Source of the DNA: Patescibacteria group bacterium UBA7435
GTDB taxonomy: Bacteria; Patescibacteriota; Minisyncoccia; Phycocordibacterales; UBA918
Direction: 5' to 3'
Assembly (NCBI GenBank): GCA_002477545.1
Contig: DLQJ01000016.1
Location: 24,528 to 88,527 of the forward strand
DNA length: 64,000 nucleotides
Part shown: in pieces, positions 27,956-38,410 of the stretch
Layout: each line of letters opens with the position of its first letter
How positions within the stretch are numbered: position 1 is the first letter of the stretch
The notes under the pieces: model-generated
What the model was told of the DNA's origin: nothing
The model's database searches: none
What the model saw: the letters and a program-made list of their open reading frames with translations, nothing else
Position numbers and translations under genes: made by a program

Positions 27956-29748
27956 TGCAAAAACCCTCCTGCTTGATGCTCCCACAATCGCTGATATGTT
28001 CCACCTGACTGAGTCAACTCGTCATGTGAACCATCCTCTACAATCTTCCCTGTTTCCAATACTAGAATTCTGTCCATTTTACGAAGTGTTGAAAGTCGGT
28101 GTGCTACGGCAATCACGGTCTTTCCTTCCATAAGAATTTCTAGTGCTTTCTGGATCTCAACCTCACTCTCACTATCAAGTGCAGAAGTAGCTTCATCAAG
28201 TACTAAGATCGGTGCATCTTTAAGCATCGCGCGCGCGATAGCTACTCGTTGCTTCTGTCCACCAGAAAGCTTAATGCCTCGTTCCCCTACTAACGTATCG
28301 TATCCAGTCTCTAGCTGCATGATGAAATCGTGAGCCTGTGCTTTTTGTGCAACTGCGATAATTTCCTCATCAGTAGCATCAGGTTTTCCATATGCGATAT
28401 TTTCACGAATCGTTCGGTGGAACAATAATGGCTCTTGTGGAACTACTGCAATATTTTCACGTAATGAATCTTGGGTTACTTGTGAAATATTCTGTCCATC
28501 AATCAAAATGTCTCCACTATCAATATCGTGTTGTCGCAGTAAGAGGGAAACGAACGTCGTCTTCCCTGCTCCTGAAGGACCTACCAAACCAATTCGCTGT
28601 CCTGGTTTAATGCTAAGCTCGAAGTTATCAAAAACGGCATTGGTTCCATACTCAAACTGAACCTTATTCCAAGAAATTGCACCCTTTGCAACCACTAAAT
28701 CTGACGCATTTGAAACATCCTTAATTTCCCGATCGACTAATATTTCACGTAAGCCTTCTTCCACATTCCCATATTCTCGAATAAATCGATTCATCGCATG
28801 ACCAATAGTCACAAACATATACGCAATTCGTCCGAGTAAACCAAGGACTAACACGAGTGTGCCTGCAGTCATTGAGCCTTGTGCAAGAAGTGCGTACAGC
28901 AATACCAGTACAACTCCAATCATTATGATAGCGAAGCAGGTGTTAGCGAGCATTATTAATTCACCAAACATTGATTGCTTCATATCTTTATGTGCTCGGT
29001 CAGTGAAGACAGATCCAAGGCGATGTAACTCGAAGCGACGTTGCGAGAATTGTCGAACTGCTGAAATGTTAGTGATGGTGTCCACCCCTTCTCCTCGAGA
29101 TTTCGAAGCGGCGGTAGCATACGAAACCACCAACGGTCGACGTTTTTTAACCGCAATAATGTTGAACACAAGCACTCCCAAGAAAATACTCAGCAAGATA
29201 AATCCGATACGGAAATCAATCGTGAAGAATAACAACAAGGTTACTGTTAAACCAATAGATTCTGAGAAAAAGGTCCACAACAACTGGAACATTAATCCTG
29301 CACTGCTATCAACTGCATTTGAAACCTTATTTGAAAGTGCACCTGCGAAACGATTACTGAAGTAATTATGACTATGAGTAGTTAAATAATCATAAAGTTT
29401 AGAGTATCCGTCTTTATGAAACTTAATGATCCAACGTATTGCAGTAAACCCACTTAATCGATACAAAAGACCGTTACCAGCTGAAACCAGCAAGAACAAT
29501 CCTCCCCATAGATATAGAACTTCTTTTTGCTCCGCCAGTGACTCTGCAAGTGTAAAATTATCAACAAGTTTTGCTGAAACATAAAAGATCATTATGTTTA
29601 ATGTTTCTGCGGCAATAACAAGAGAGAACGATACCAGACCAAGAAATTTATACTTACTCCCCAAATACCACAAAAACCGTAGCGGTGTATTAGGAATACT
29701 TCCCGTATATGGCGCTTTTATAGCGCTCTGTTGTTTTGCAGTATTCAT
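27949..29748 (-). CDS. ABC transporter, fused permease/ATP-binding protein (MsbA-like exporter)
   Basis: Six-TM N-terminal domain; Walker A GPSGAGKTT, signature LSGGQKQRVAIARA, Walker B ILVLDEATSALD. Confidence 0.85.
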   Translation of the reverse strand: MNTAKQQSAIKAPYTGSIPNTPLRFLWYLGSKYKFLGLVSFSLVIAAETLNIMIFYVSAKLVDNFTLAESLAEQKEVLYLWGGLFLLVSAGNGLLYRLSGFTAIRWIIKFHKDGYSKLYDYLTTHSHNYFSNRFAGALSNKVSNAVDSSAGLMFQLLWTFFSESIGLTVTLLLFFTIDFRIGFILLSIFLGVLVFNIIAVKKRRPLVVSYATAASKSRGEGVDTITNISAVRQFSQRRFELHRLGSVFTDRAHKDMKQSMFGELIMLANTCFAIIMIGVVLVLLYALLAQGSMTAGTLVLVLGLLGRIAYMFVTIGHAMNRFIREYGNVEEGLREILVDREIKDVSNASDLVVAKGAISWNKVQFEYGTNAVFDNFELSIKPGQRIGLVGPSGAGKTTFVSLLLRQHDIDSGDILIDGQNISQVTQDSLRENIAVVPQEPLLFHRTIRENIAYGKPDATDEEIIAVAQKAQAHDFIMQLETGYDTLVGERGIKLSGGQKQRVAIARAMLKDAPILVLDEATSALDSESEVEIQKALEILMEGKTVIAVAHRLSTLRKMDRILVLETGKIVEDGSHDELTQSGGTYQRLWEHQAGGFLQE

Positions 29749-29922
29749 ATTGTAAAAACTCTACCTTCGATACCTGTCACCCTGGAGAAAGCGTCGTAAG
29801 TATTTTATGACGTTTATACGGCTGGAATCTTACAATCGAGTGTCATGAGTAAAATGGAAGCTTGCTTACATTTTTGAATAAACGATGATTGCACAAACGT
29901 TGATTTCGTGTGTCTACACAAA

Positions 29923-30519
29923 TCAACGTTTGTCCTGTTGTGCAGACACAACTTCTCCAGAAACACGTCTAATTTCTTCCTCAGAAATATCTCCTTCTCG
30001 CAAAATTGTAACCGTATCGTCAATAATTCGCACAATGGTGGAGGCCAGAGCTTTACGTGGACCATCATCATAAATTTTTTCTATTCTCTGGGCCTTTTCT
30101 CCAAATTGCTGAAGTATTTCCCCAGGAGTTGAGAAGGTTGGTGCTCCATGCACATTGGCACTTGTGCATGTGAGAGGTGCATCATTCTCTTCCATAAAAG
30201 CTTCTATAATTTTTTGAGTAAGTGGGTCTGAAGAAATACGAAAACTAATTTCATTCTCCGTTCCTCGCCGAAAGTCAGGGACTTTATCATTAGCATTCAA
30301 AATCAACGTCAATGATCCCGGTAAAAATTTCTCAATTATTTTTTCTGCTTTAGAAGGAACGTGAGCATACTTCTTAAGATCTTCCACATCACGAACAAGC
30401 CAACTAGAATGCTGTAACATATCTCTACCTTTCAAAGCAAAGAGTTGCTCAACAGCAGCTTCATCAAGCGCATTAACGCCCAGCGCATACAGAGTTTCAG
30501 TTGGGTAGAGAATAATCAT
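29923..30519 (-). CDS. tsaC: L-threonylcarbamoyladenylate synthase TsaC/YrdC family
   Basis: YrdC-like N-terminus (ILYPTETLYALGVNA...), ~199 aa. Confidence 0.7.
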   Translation of the reverse strand: MIILYPTETLYALGVNALDEAAVEQLFALKGRDMLQHSSWLVRDVEDLKKYAHVPSKAEKIIEKFLPGSLTLILNANDKVPDFRRGTENEISFRISSDPLTQKIIEAFMEENDAPLTCTSANVHGAPTFSTPGEILQQFGEKAQRIEKIYDDGPRKALASTIVRIIDDTVTILREGDISEEEIRRVSGEVVSAQQDKR

Positions 30520-30592
30520 TTTTTTAGTATATACCCAAGTTCCTCTAAAATAAAATCTATCCCGTGATAAATAGATACTGTATGATGTAGTT

Positions 30593-31480
30593 ATGAATCC
30601 CGAACGAGCAGCAATGAAAACCATCGACCGAGAAAATCGGGGTGATCACATAAAAGCAACTGCTGAAAAACTTCTTCCTTTACATCCACAAATTGAAAGG
30701 ATTATGAAAAAAATTGCAGTCAAGCCTGAAGACTTTAGTTCTCCTTTTGATGATGAGATGATCGCTGATGATCGAAGACATGTGGAAAAAATGAAGAAGA
30801 AAATTAGGGAACATGATAAAAATCCAGGAGCTGGCGGGTTAACCTTTGGTGAGGTTAGTAAACTTGCTGAAGTGCTTGAGTACCAAGTCATTAAGGGTAT
30901 TAACGTCGGGAAGTGGCTACCATACTGCAAGGCCATTAAAACTTCTGAATACGACGATATCATTAACGGGATAGATCTTGTTGTAGCTTTTACTAAAGGA
31001 GAAAAATCTGACCACCTAGGTATTGGTGTGGATATATCCTTTTCACAAAATCTCAAGGGTAAGTTCCAAAGAATAAAAGACGAAATTGATCAATACGACG
31101 CAGAAGATAACCACCTAGGTACAGTACGGTACTTCCCCTCTGCACAAACAGGTGAACGTAGCCCACTTTTAGACGTCCCTAGAGTTGTAGCCGCACTAGA
31201 CCTCGGTGTAATGGAGGATCTCGCGCGTGTAAAAGACGGAGGTCCTGGACACATAGCACAACATGCAATCATTACTGAAATGGAACGACAACTATCTGTT
31301 TTTGCAGACTACGCCCAGAAGAAAAATCCACTATGTCTCGACCAAATTATGCGTGCGCAAAACTTTGTACATCTCATAAGTCAGCATTTACAATCCGAAG
31401 AGCAGTTACAAAGCTCTGAGTATGGCAAGAACATAAAAATCCAAGAGGCTATCGAAGATGGACTTTCTCTCTTTAGATAG
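30593..31480 (+). CDS. Hypothetical protein (no recognisable domain)
   Basis: 295-aa ORF, soluble, no matches I can recall. Confidence 0.5.
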   Translation: MNPERAAMKTIDRENRGDHIKATAEKLLPLHPQIERIMKKIAVKPEDFSSPFDDEMIADDRRHVEKMKKKIREHDKNPGAGGLTFGEVSKLAEVLEYQVIKGINVGKWLPYCKAIKTSEYDDIINGIDLVVAFTKGEKSDHLGIGVDISFSQNLKGKFQRIKDEIDQYDAEDNHLGTVRYFPSAQTGERSPLLDVPRVVAALDLGVMEDLARVKDGGPGHIAQHAIITEMERQLSVFADYAQKKNPLCLDQIMRAQNFVHLISQHLQSEEQLQSSEYGKNIKIQEAIEDGLSLFR

Positions 31481-31527
31481 ATATTTAAAACGATTTCGGT
31501 ATACTGTTACTCAAATAAACATTGTGT

Positions 31528-31600
31528 GTCCGGTTAGCTCAGCTGGTAGAGCGCCACATTGACATTGTGGAGGTCACAAGTTCAAGTCTTGTACCGGACA
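31528..31600 (+). tRNA. tRNA-Val (anticodon GAC)
   Basis: GTCCGGTTAGCTCAGCTGGTAGAGCG..., anticodon loop TTGACAT, T-arm ACAAGTTCAAGTCTTGT. Confidence 0.85.
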
Positions 31601-31622
31601 CATAGTATTTATTTACATCATT

Positions 31623-32480
31623 ATGGAAACACTCAAAAACACAGTCGTCATCTACCACGCGGATTGCCGTGATGGTTTTGGTAGTGCGTACGCAGCGTGG
31701 AAAAAGTTTGGTGAGGACGCATCGTATATCCCCCAGAAGACTGGGAGCGAGACTCCTCCTGAGGGACTTATCGACAAAGAGGTCTATATCCTTGATTACT
31801 CATACTCTAAGGAGACACTGCAATTACTTCTAGACACCAACAAGTCAGTAATAGTTATTGATCATCACAAGACCGCAAAGGAAGCGGTTGAGAGTTTTGA
31901 AAATAATATCTTTGATAACGATCACTCTGGTGCGGTACTCTCATGGAAATATTTCCATCCTGATACTGAAGTACCTCCCCTCTTAGAATATGTAGAAGAT
32001 CACGATCTGTGGCGATTTGCTCTGCCTGAAAATCGAGAGTACAACGTCGCCCTTGGACAATACGACGTAACGTTTACAGCATGGGATGCGCTTATTGACG
32101 AACTTAAAGATAACGACAAGCTCATCAACTTTATTGCAAAGGGTGCGCTCTTAGCTAAATTTGAAGATCGCCTTGTTTCAAAATTGATGCAATACAAAGA
32201 ACGGGTGCTTTTTGAAGGTCATGAGGTCTGGGCGATCAATGCATCACGTATCTATCGTTCTATTCTTGGTAATCAACTAGCTGAACTTAACCTTGTGGAA
32301 GAACAAACACCAATAGGTATCGTGTACTATCACAACAATGGTGCTGTAAGTATCTCACTACGAAGCATCGGAGAAACAGATGTTTCAGAAATTGCTCAGA
32401 AATACGGAGGTGGTGGACATAAGAATGCTGCAAGTATCAAAGCAAATTCATTTGAAGATCTGCCGTTTACTTTTATATAA
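31623..32480 (+). CDS. DHH-family phosphoesterase (NrnA-like nanoRNase/pAp phosphatase)
   Basis: DHH motif IDHHKT, N-terminal Asp cluster, C-terminal GGGH motif (KYGGGGHKNAAS). Confidence 0.7.
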   Translation: METLKNTVVIYHADCRDGFGSAYAAWKKFGEDASYIPQKTGSETPPEGLIDKEVYILDYSYSKETLQLLLDTNKSVIVIDHHKTAKEAVESFENNIFDNDHSGAVLSWKYFHPDTEVPPLLEYVEDHDLWRFALPENREYNVALGQYDVTFTAWDALIDELKDNDKLINFIAKGALLAKFEDRLVSKLMQYKERVLFEGHEVWAINASRIYRSILGNQLAELNLVEEQTPIGIVYYHNNGAVSISLRSIGETDVSEIAQKYGGGGHKNAASIKANSFEDLPFTFI

Positions 32481-32527
32481 AGCAGTGTAGATTAATATTA
32501 GACAGCAGAAAATGTAAGGAGAGACTC

Positions 32528-32818
32528 ATGTCAATGAATATTTTGCGAGCGGAACTAGTGGAAGCAGCCGCTGTGCGCACTAAAGTGTATTACCATGGCG
32601 CAAGCGATACACATATCGTGCAACAACTCGATGGTACTGAGTTTGGAAGTATGCCCATTAAGGGTTGTGGGAGTTTCGCTGACGATGCCTACCAAGACTA
32701 TCGCAGTAAAGTGTACAAAGCAGTTGAGGACATGAAGCTTGGTGAGATCGGAAAAATGACTGCAAAAATAGGTCGTATTGCACCTGAATGCCTCAACATG
32801 AAAGAAGTACCTGTATAA
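32528..32818 (+). CDS. Hypothetical small protein
   Basis: 96-aa ORF with an AAGGAGAG RBS. Confidence 0.45.
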   Translation: MSMNILRAELVEAAAVRTKVYYHGASDTHIVQQLDGTEFGSMPIKGCGSFADDAYQDYRSKVYKAVEDMKLGEIGKMTAKIGRIAPECLNMKEVPV

Positions 32819-32876
32819 ACACAGAAAGAGCTACCAAATTGGTCGCTCTTTTTCCTTTTTTTGCTATAGTATCCTC

Positions 32877-34052
32877 ATGAATATCCTATCCATTGAAACA
32901 TCGTGTGACGAAACTGCGGTAAGCCTTGTGACGGCTGAAGGTGTGTTTCCTGAAGCTACCTACGAGGTTCTTGGTGACGCACTGCACTCCCAAGTAGATA
33001 TACATGCGACCTATGGAGGTGTGTTCCCTACTATGGCAAAGCGTGAACACATCAAGCGTATTGTTCCACTTATGGAACAAGCACTTGAGCAAGCTGAACT
33101 CCTCCACAAAAGTACCGAGGAAATTCCACAAAACCTGCAAGAAAAACTCTACGAAATTCTCTATCGTGAGGAAGGAGTTGCTGATGCGCTGATTGATTTT
33201 GCACAACGCCATGAACGTCCTGAGATTGATCTTATTGCAGTAACTTCAGGACCAGGCCTTGAACCAGCACTATGGGTTGGTGTTAACTTTGCGAAAGCTC
33301 TTTCAACCTTAATGAACATTCCGGTTGTTGCCGTTAATCACATGGAGGGTCATGTACTTGCATCACTCTTTGATGTTGAAGAAGATGACAAGATTGCACA
33401 AATTCCCTTCCCTGCTATTTCACTTCTTATCTCTGGAGGACATACGGAACTACTTTTAATGAAGAATTGGGGCGAGTACGAAAAAATTGGACAGACACGG
33501 GACGACGCGGTTGGTGAAGCATTTGATAAAGTCGCACGTATGATGGGACTGCCGTACCCAGGTGGACCGGAAATAAGTCGCTTAGCTGGTGAAGGTCGTT
33601 CGCGTGAACTTCCACCCTACGCAGAACTTCCACGACCAATGATTAACTCAGGAGACCTAGATTTCTCATTCTCAGGATTAAAAACAGCAGTGCTCTACGC
33701 AATTGATAGCAAGGAACTTTCTGAAGACGACACGCAGGCACTTGCACGCGACTTTGAAGATGCAGTGGTAGAAGTGCTCCTTAAGAAGACTGCTACAGCG
33801 TTTGACGAGCATGGTGCACAAACACTTATTGTGGGAGGTGGAGTAAGTGCTAGTCAATTCATCCGGCAGTCATTTAATAAATTCTTCCTAGAAAACTATC
33901 CTGATACAACCATATACTTCCCTAACCCCGGTCTTTCTACCGATAATTCGATAATGATCGCTCTTTCAGGGCATGCCAAAAGTATGAATGCATCAAATCC
34001 AGCGGCGGCGAGATTGATGAAGGCGGATGGCAACAAGAGTATTGACGAGTAA
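32877..34052 (+). CDS. tsaD: tRNA N6-adenosine threonylcarbamoyltransferase TsaD (Kae1/Gcp family)
   Basis: N-terminus ILSIETSCDETAVSLV, metal-binding His pair (VNHMEGH), ~390 aa. Confidence 0.9.
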   Translation: MNILSIETSCDETAVSLVTAEGVFPEATYEVLGDALHSQVDIHATYGGVFPTMAKREHIKRIVPLMEQALEQAELLHKSTEEIPQNLQEKLYEILYREEGVADALIDFAQRHERPEIDLIAVTSGPGLEPALWVGVNFAKALSTLMNIPVVAVNHMEGHVLASLFDVEEDDKIAQIPFPAISLLISGGHTELLLMKNWGEYEKIGQTRDDAVGEAFDKVARMMGLPYPGGPEISRLAGEGRSRELPPYAELPRPMINSGDLDFSFSGLKTAVLYAIDSKELSEDDTQALARDFEDAVVEVLLKKTATAFDEHGAQTLIVGGGVSASQFIRQSFNKFFLENYPDTTIYFPNPGLSTDNSIMIALSGHAKSMNASNPAAARLMKADGNKSIDE

Positions 34053-34159
34053 CATCTAGAGAAATCCTAAAGGTCTGAAAAGCTAAGCTTTTCAGACCTT
34101 TTTGGTCTTTAACAAGATAAAAAATCGTGCTACTATCGGTCTCTAACTAAAAGTAATCC

Positions 34160-36316
34160 ATGAACGAGCAAAACAACATTCCAGAGCTGTTTCTAAAACC
34201 ATACGACCCGGCAGAGCACGAGAAAAACATCTACAAAATATGGGAAGATTCTGGGTATTTTAATCCTGACAACCTTCCTGGAGAGCGCGATGAAGCGTTC
34301 ACTATTGTGATGCCTCCGCCAAATGCAAACGGTTCACTACATGCAGGTCATGGCCTGGTGTTCACTATTGAAGACACAATGATGCGGTTTGAACGTATGC
34401 GTGGGAAGAAAGCTCTCTGGCTCCCTGGTGCTGATCATGCTGGATTTGAAACACAGGTGGTATACGAAAAGAAACTCCAGAAAGAAGGTCGCTCACGATT
34501 CGGAATGGATCCTAAAGACCTCTATAACGAAATCATGGATTTCACGATGACAAACAAGACATTCATGGAGAATCAGATTCGTGAACTTGGAGCTTCATGC
34601 GACTGGTCACGCTCACTTTTTACTCTTGATGACCGAGTAATCAAAACGGTATACGATACATTTAAAAAACTTGAGGAAGATGAACTATTGTACCGAGGGG
34701 CACGTATTGTGAACTGGTGCCCGAAACATCAGACTTCCCTGTCAAACCTCGAAACAGAGCACGATGAACGAACATCGAAATTCTACTACTTCCAGTACGG
34801 ACCCTTTGTAATTGGTACAGCACGCCCTGAAACAAAGTTTGGTGATAAGTATGTGGTGATGCACCCAGAGGACGAGCGTTACGCAGAATACAAACACGGA
34901 CAAGAGATTGAACTTGAGTGGATCAATGGACCCATTACTGCAACAGTCATTAAGGATGAGGCCGGCGATCCTGAAATGGGATCGGGTGTGATGACTATTA
35001 CTCCGTGGCACTCTGGAGTCGACTTTGATATTGCAAAACGGCATGACCTCGATTACGAACAAATCATCGACTGGCGAGGGAAGCTCCTTCCTATTGCTGA
35101 TGAGTTTGAAGGGATGACGATCAAAGATGCCCGGGAGAAGATTGTTGAAAAACTTGATGAGAAAGGGCTGTTGGTAAAGATTGATGAGGAATACAAAAAC
35201 TCTGTCCCCTGCTGTTACAAATGCTCACGAGAAATCGAGCCACAGATTCGTGAGCAATGGTTTGTAAAAACAAAGCCACTTGCTGAAAAGGCGCTAGAAG
35301 CTGTTGTAAACAAAGAAGTGACATTTGTAAACGAACGCGACGAACGGGTGTTTAAACACTGGATGGAAAATATCGAAGATTGGAACATCTCACGACAAGT
35401 GGTTTGGGGTATTCCTATTCCTGCAAAGGTCTGCTCAGAATGTGGACATGGCCAGGTGGATCTTGAAGATACTATTACTACGTGTGAGAAATGTGAAGGA
35501 AAGATGGAGCAAGATCCTGACACGTTTGATACATGGTTCTCTTCTGGACAATGGCCATTAGCAACAACTGGATATCCTGATGGTGATGATTTTAAAGACT
35601 ACTACCCTACAAGCACCATGGAGACCGGGAAAGACATCATTTTCTTCTGGGTGGCACGTATGATCATGCTTGGTTTATACCGAACCGGTGAAGTACCGTT
35701 TAAGAAAGTGTACCTACACGGAATGGTACGCGACAAGAAGGGGCTTAAGATGAGTAAGTCTAAGGGAAACGTAACGGCACCGAGCGAAATTCAGGAACGA
35801 TTTGGTACTGATGCATTACGTATGGGGCTGTTGGTAAACAATGCTCCAGGAAACGACATGAACCTTGATCCCGATAAGATCAACGCATACAAAAAATTTG
35901 CAAATAAGATATGGAACATCACACGATTCACACTTGATGCAACAAGCGACATGGACGAGGACGCAACACTCAACGATGAAGACGCGCAGAATATCCAAGA
36001 ACACCTGATCGCACATGTAACTGAAATTACTAAGCAGATGAATGATGACCGGTTTGATATGGCCGCTGAGAATGTATATCACTTCGTGTGGGATTACTTC
36101 GCAAGTACACTTATTGAAGAATCAAAACCACTACTAGCTTCTGAAGATGCTGGTGTGCGTGCGTCACGACAACGACTTCTTACAGAATATCTCACAACAT
36201 CATTGAAGGTACTGCATCCGTTTATGCCATTTGTAACGGAAACAATCTGGCAAGAACTTCCGAAAGAAATGAAGGGGCAAGATATATTGATGGTTGAAAG
36301 TTGGCCCATTGTATAG
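34160..36316 (+). CDS. valS: Class I aminoacyl-tRNA synthetase, most likely valine--tRNA ligase (compact, 718 aa)
   Basis: HIGH-type motif PPPNANGSLHAGHGL, G.DHAG motif PGADHAGFETQ, KMSKS; Val versus Ile is not fully resolved from sequence alone. Confidence 0.55.
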   Translation: MNEQNNIPELFLKPYDPAEHEKNIYKIWEDSGYFNPDNLPGERDEAFTIVMPPPNANGSLHAGHGLVFTIEDTMMRFERMRGKKALWLPGADHAGFETQVVYEKKLQKEGRSRFGMDPKDLYNEIMDFTMTNKTFMENQIRELGASCDWSRSLFTLDDRVIKTVYDTFKKLEEDELLYRGARIVNWCPKHQTSLSNLETEHDERTSKFYYFQYGPFVIGTARPETKFGDKYVVMHPEDERYAEYKHGQEIELEWINGPITATVIKDEAGDPEMGSGVMTITPWHSGVDFDIAKRHDLDYEQIIDWRGKLLPIADEFEGMTIKDAREKIVEKLDEKGLLVKIDEEYKNSVPCCYKCSREIEPQIREQWFVKTKPLAEKALEAVVNKEVTFVNERDERVFKHWMENIEDWNISRQVVWGIPIPAKVCSECGHGQVDLEDTITTCEKCEGKMEQDPDTFDTWFSSGQWPLATTGYPDGDDFKDYYPTSTMETGKDIIFFWVARMIMLGLYRTGEVPFKKVYLHGMVRDKKGLKMSKSKGNVTAPSEIQERFGTDALRMGLLVNNAPGNDMNLDPDKINAYKKFANKIWNITRFTLDATSDMDEDATLNDEDAQNIQEHLIAHVTEITKQMNDDRFDMAAENVYHFVWDYFASTLIEESKPLLASEDAGVRASRQRLLTEYLTTSLKVLHPFMPFVTETIWQELPKEMKGQDILMVESWPIV

Positions 36317-36335
36317 AAATAATATTTGAAGTGCT

Positions 36336-36368
36336 AAAAGACTCTTGTGGTATCAAGAGTCTTTTATT
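36336..36368 (+). terminator. Terminator after the aaRS gene
   Basis: aaaagactcttgtggtatcaagagtcttttattt. Confidence 0.55.
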
Positions 36369-36430
36369 TGACCCAGTTACTCATATATCGTATCTTAAGG
36401 ATAGAAGTCAAGTATTATAGGGGTAAGAAA

Positions 36431-36706
36431 ATGACTCTAGCAGTGAAAATTCTAAATATTTTTCCAGGTGGCCGAGTAGAGTACAAAATAGGTAGCGGCA
36501 GATACAACGACGGCCGACATAAAGGTGAGCGAAAATTTATGGAACATTCATCTTTCGGCAAGCTTGAGCTGAGTAGCGGTGTTTCAGAAACAAATCTGGC
36601 CACACTACAACCCGACTCGGGAACACCATCGTACCAACTAAAAGAAACACCCGCAGAAATTGACGATATGGTTGGAAAAATATATATACACGTACCGAAC
36701 GTGTAA
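36431..36706 (+). CDS. Hypothetical small protein (91 aa)
   Basis: GGGG-type RBS upstream; ORF followed by its own G-U-containing terminator hairpin at ~36716-36750. Confidence 0.3.
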   Translation: MTLAVKILNIFPGGRVEYKIGSGRYNDGRHKGERKFMEHSSFGKLELSSGVSETNLATLQPDSGTPSYQLKETPAEIDDMVGKIYIHVPNV

Positions 36707-36809
36707 CATTCTCTAAAGGGCGCATCAAACGATGTGCCTTTTATTTTGTACTTGTTTTTGCGATACATCTTTGATACGGTACCTTACAGAAACAACAAAG
36801 GATGAGGGC

Positions 36810-37082
36810 ATGGGAAGTCCTACTAATACCGACATTGATTTATATGAAGTAAGTAGTTCAGCAGAAACTCTCTGGGGGCACACAGCAAGTGGGGAGGAAG
36901 TGTTAATCAGCGGGACACTGCTGTATGGTGATTCGGATTCTGTGTTCAAAGGAAGTGTAACCAAAGGACCAAAGGAGCTTCTGCTATTAATTTGCAAAGC
37001 ACACATCGATGATACTCAAGCGCGCGTAATTCTCACACCACCAAAAATAACTGGGGACCTTGGACATTTGTTTAGCGGGTAA
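36810..37082 (+). CDS. Hypothetical small protein (90 aa)
   Basis: AAGGATGAGG RBS; followed by hairpin aaagcgcg...cgcgcttt at ~37100-37128. Confidence 0.3.
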   Translation: MGSPTNTDIDLYEVSSSAETLWGHTASGEEVLISGTLLYGDSDSVFKGSVTKGPKELLLLICKAHIDDTQARVILTPPKITGDLGHLFSG

Positions 37083-37143
37083 ACCCACACCAACCAAAGC
37101 GCGGCATAATTTGTCGCGCTTTGTACTGGTATACTTAAGCAAC

Positions 37144-37854
37144 ATGGAATCAACGCAATTTGCGATAGCTTTTTTAGGTGGACTTATACCTGCTCTTTTC
37201 TGGCTATGGTTTTGGTTGCGCGAGGACAAAGAACGACCTGAGCCATATCTCTTAATCGCACTAGCATTTATCGGTGGAATGATGGTTGTGCCATTAGCCC
37301 TTCCCTTACAACGCCTGGCAATAGAAATCTATTCTGGAGATAATTTAATATTTGCATGGGTTATCATTGAAGAAGTACTCAAATACGCTGCTGCATTAGT
37401 TATCATTCTATGGAACAAAGCAGTAGACGAGCCTATTGATCTTATTATCTACATGGTCACTATCGCACTTGGGTTTGCAGCACTTGAGAATGCATTATTT
37501 ATATTTGATCCGATTGTTGCAGGCGACGCAGTGAAGACCTTAACTACTGGAAAACTTCGATTTTTAGGTGCAACATTACTACATGTATTGGCCTCAGGTA
37601 CCGTTGGAGCATTTTTAGCGCTTGCGTATTACAAGAGCAACCGTATGAAACTCGCATTTGGAACTCTTGGGTTGTTCATTGCTATCGTGTTGCATGCTTT
37701 GTTTAACTTTTTTATAATGGACTCAAGCGGAGAAACTATTTTAGGCGTCTTCCTATTTGTTTGGATGGGCATAATTGTCCTCCTTCTTCTCTTTGAAAAG
37801 GTTAAACTAATAGAAGCACGTCATAACCCAGCACATCAATACACATCATTATGA
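37144..37854 (+). CDS. PrsW-family intramembrane metalloprotease
   Basis: Polytopic membrane protein with EExxK (EEVLKY), FxxxE (GFAALENALF) and HxxxN (HALFN) motifs. Confidence 0.65.
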   Translation: MESTQFAIAFLGGLIPALFWLWFWLREDKERPEPYLLIALAFIGGMMVVPLALPLQRLAIEIYSGDNLIFAWVIIEEVLKYAAALVIILWNKAVDEPIDLIIYMVTIALGFAALENALFIFDPIVAGDAVKTLTTGKLRFLGATLLHVLASGTVGAFLALAYYKSNRMKLAFGTLGLFIAIVLHALFNFFIMDSSGETILGVFLFVWMGIIVLLLLFEKVKLIEARHNPAHQYTSL

Positions 37855-38369
37855 AAAAATTATCATTCCTAGAACGACTCACTGGCTCCGTCACCAACGG
37901 CGAGCAGTATGACGATGTTCTGGACGAAGAACATGAATTTGGTGAAGATGATGAAGTTTCAGTCAAGCACTACGAAGACGATGATTCAGAATTTCATGGA
38001 CAAGAAGACGAACCTGTTGAGGAAGTACAGGAGGGTGAACTACCTGTAGATATGTATCACACAGGTGACGCAGTGGTCATTCGAGCACTTGTTGCTGGAG
38101 TGTCTCCTGATGATTTAGATATTGCTATTACACGTGACATGGTGACCATTAAAGGTATTCGTGAAGAGTACCAAGAAGCAACTAATGATGACTACTATCA
38201 TCGAGAGTTATTCTGGGGTTCATTTACCCGAACACTTCTCCTCCCAGAGGAGGTATTGATTGATGAAGCAGATGCCCAAGAAAAGCATGGTCTGCTTGAA
38301 ATTCGATTGCCTAAGGTAGACAAAGATCGAAGTACTCGCTTGAAGGTAAAGACAAAAATTTCAAAATAA
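37851..38369 (+). CDS. Hsp20/alpha-crystallin family small heat-shock protein
   Basis: Acidic N-terminal region followed by an ACD-like C-terminus (DMYHTGDAVVIRALVAGV...LLEIRLPK); ATGA overlap with prsW. Confidence 0.7.
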   Translation: MKKLSFLERLTGSVTNGEQYDDVLDEEHEFGEDDEVSVKHYEDDDSEFHGQEDEPVEEVQEGELPVDMYHTGDAVVIRALVAGVSPDDLDIAITRDMVTIKGIREEYQEATNDDYYHRELFWGSFTRTLLLPEEVLIDEADAQEKHGLLEIRLPKVDKDRSTRLKVKTKISK

Positions 38370-38406
38370 AGAAAAGACCGATTCTTTGAATCGGTCTTTT
38401 GTTTTA
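38370..38406. terminator. Bidirectional terminator
   Basis: aaaagaccgattctttgaatcggtcttttgtttt. Confidence 0.6.
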
Positions 38407-38410
38407 TGGG

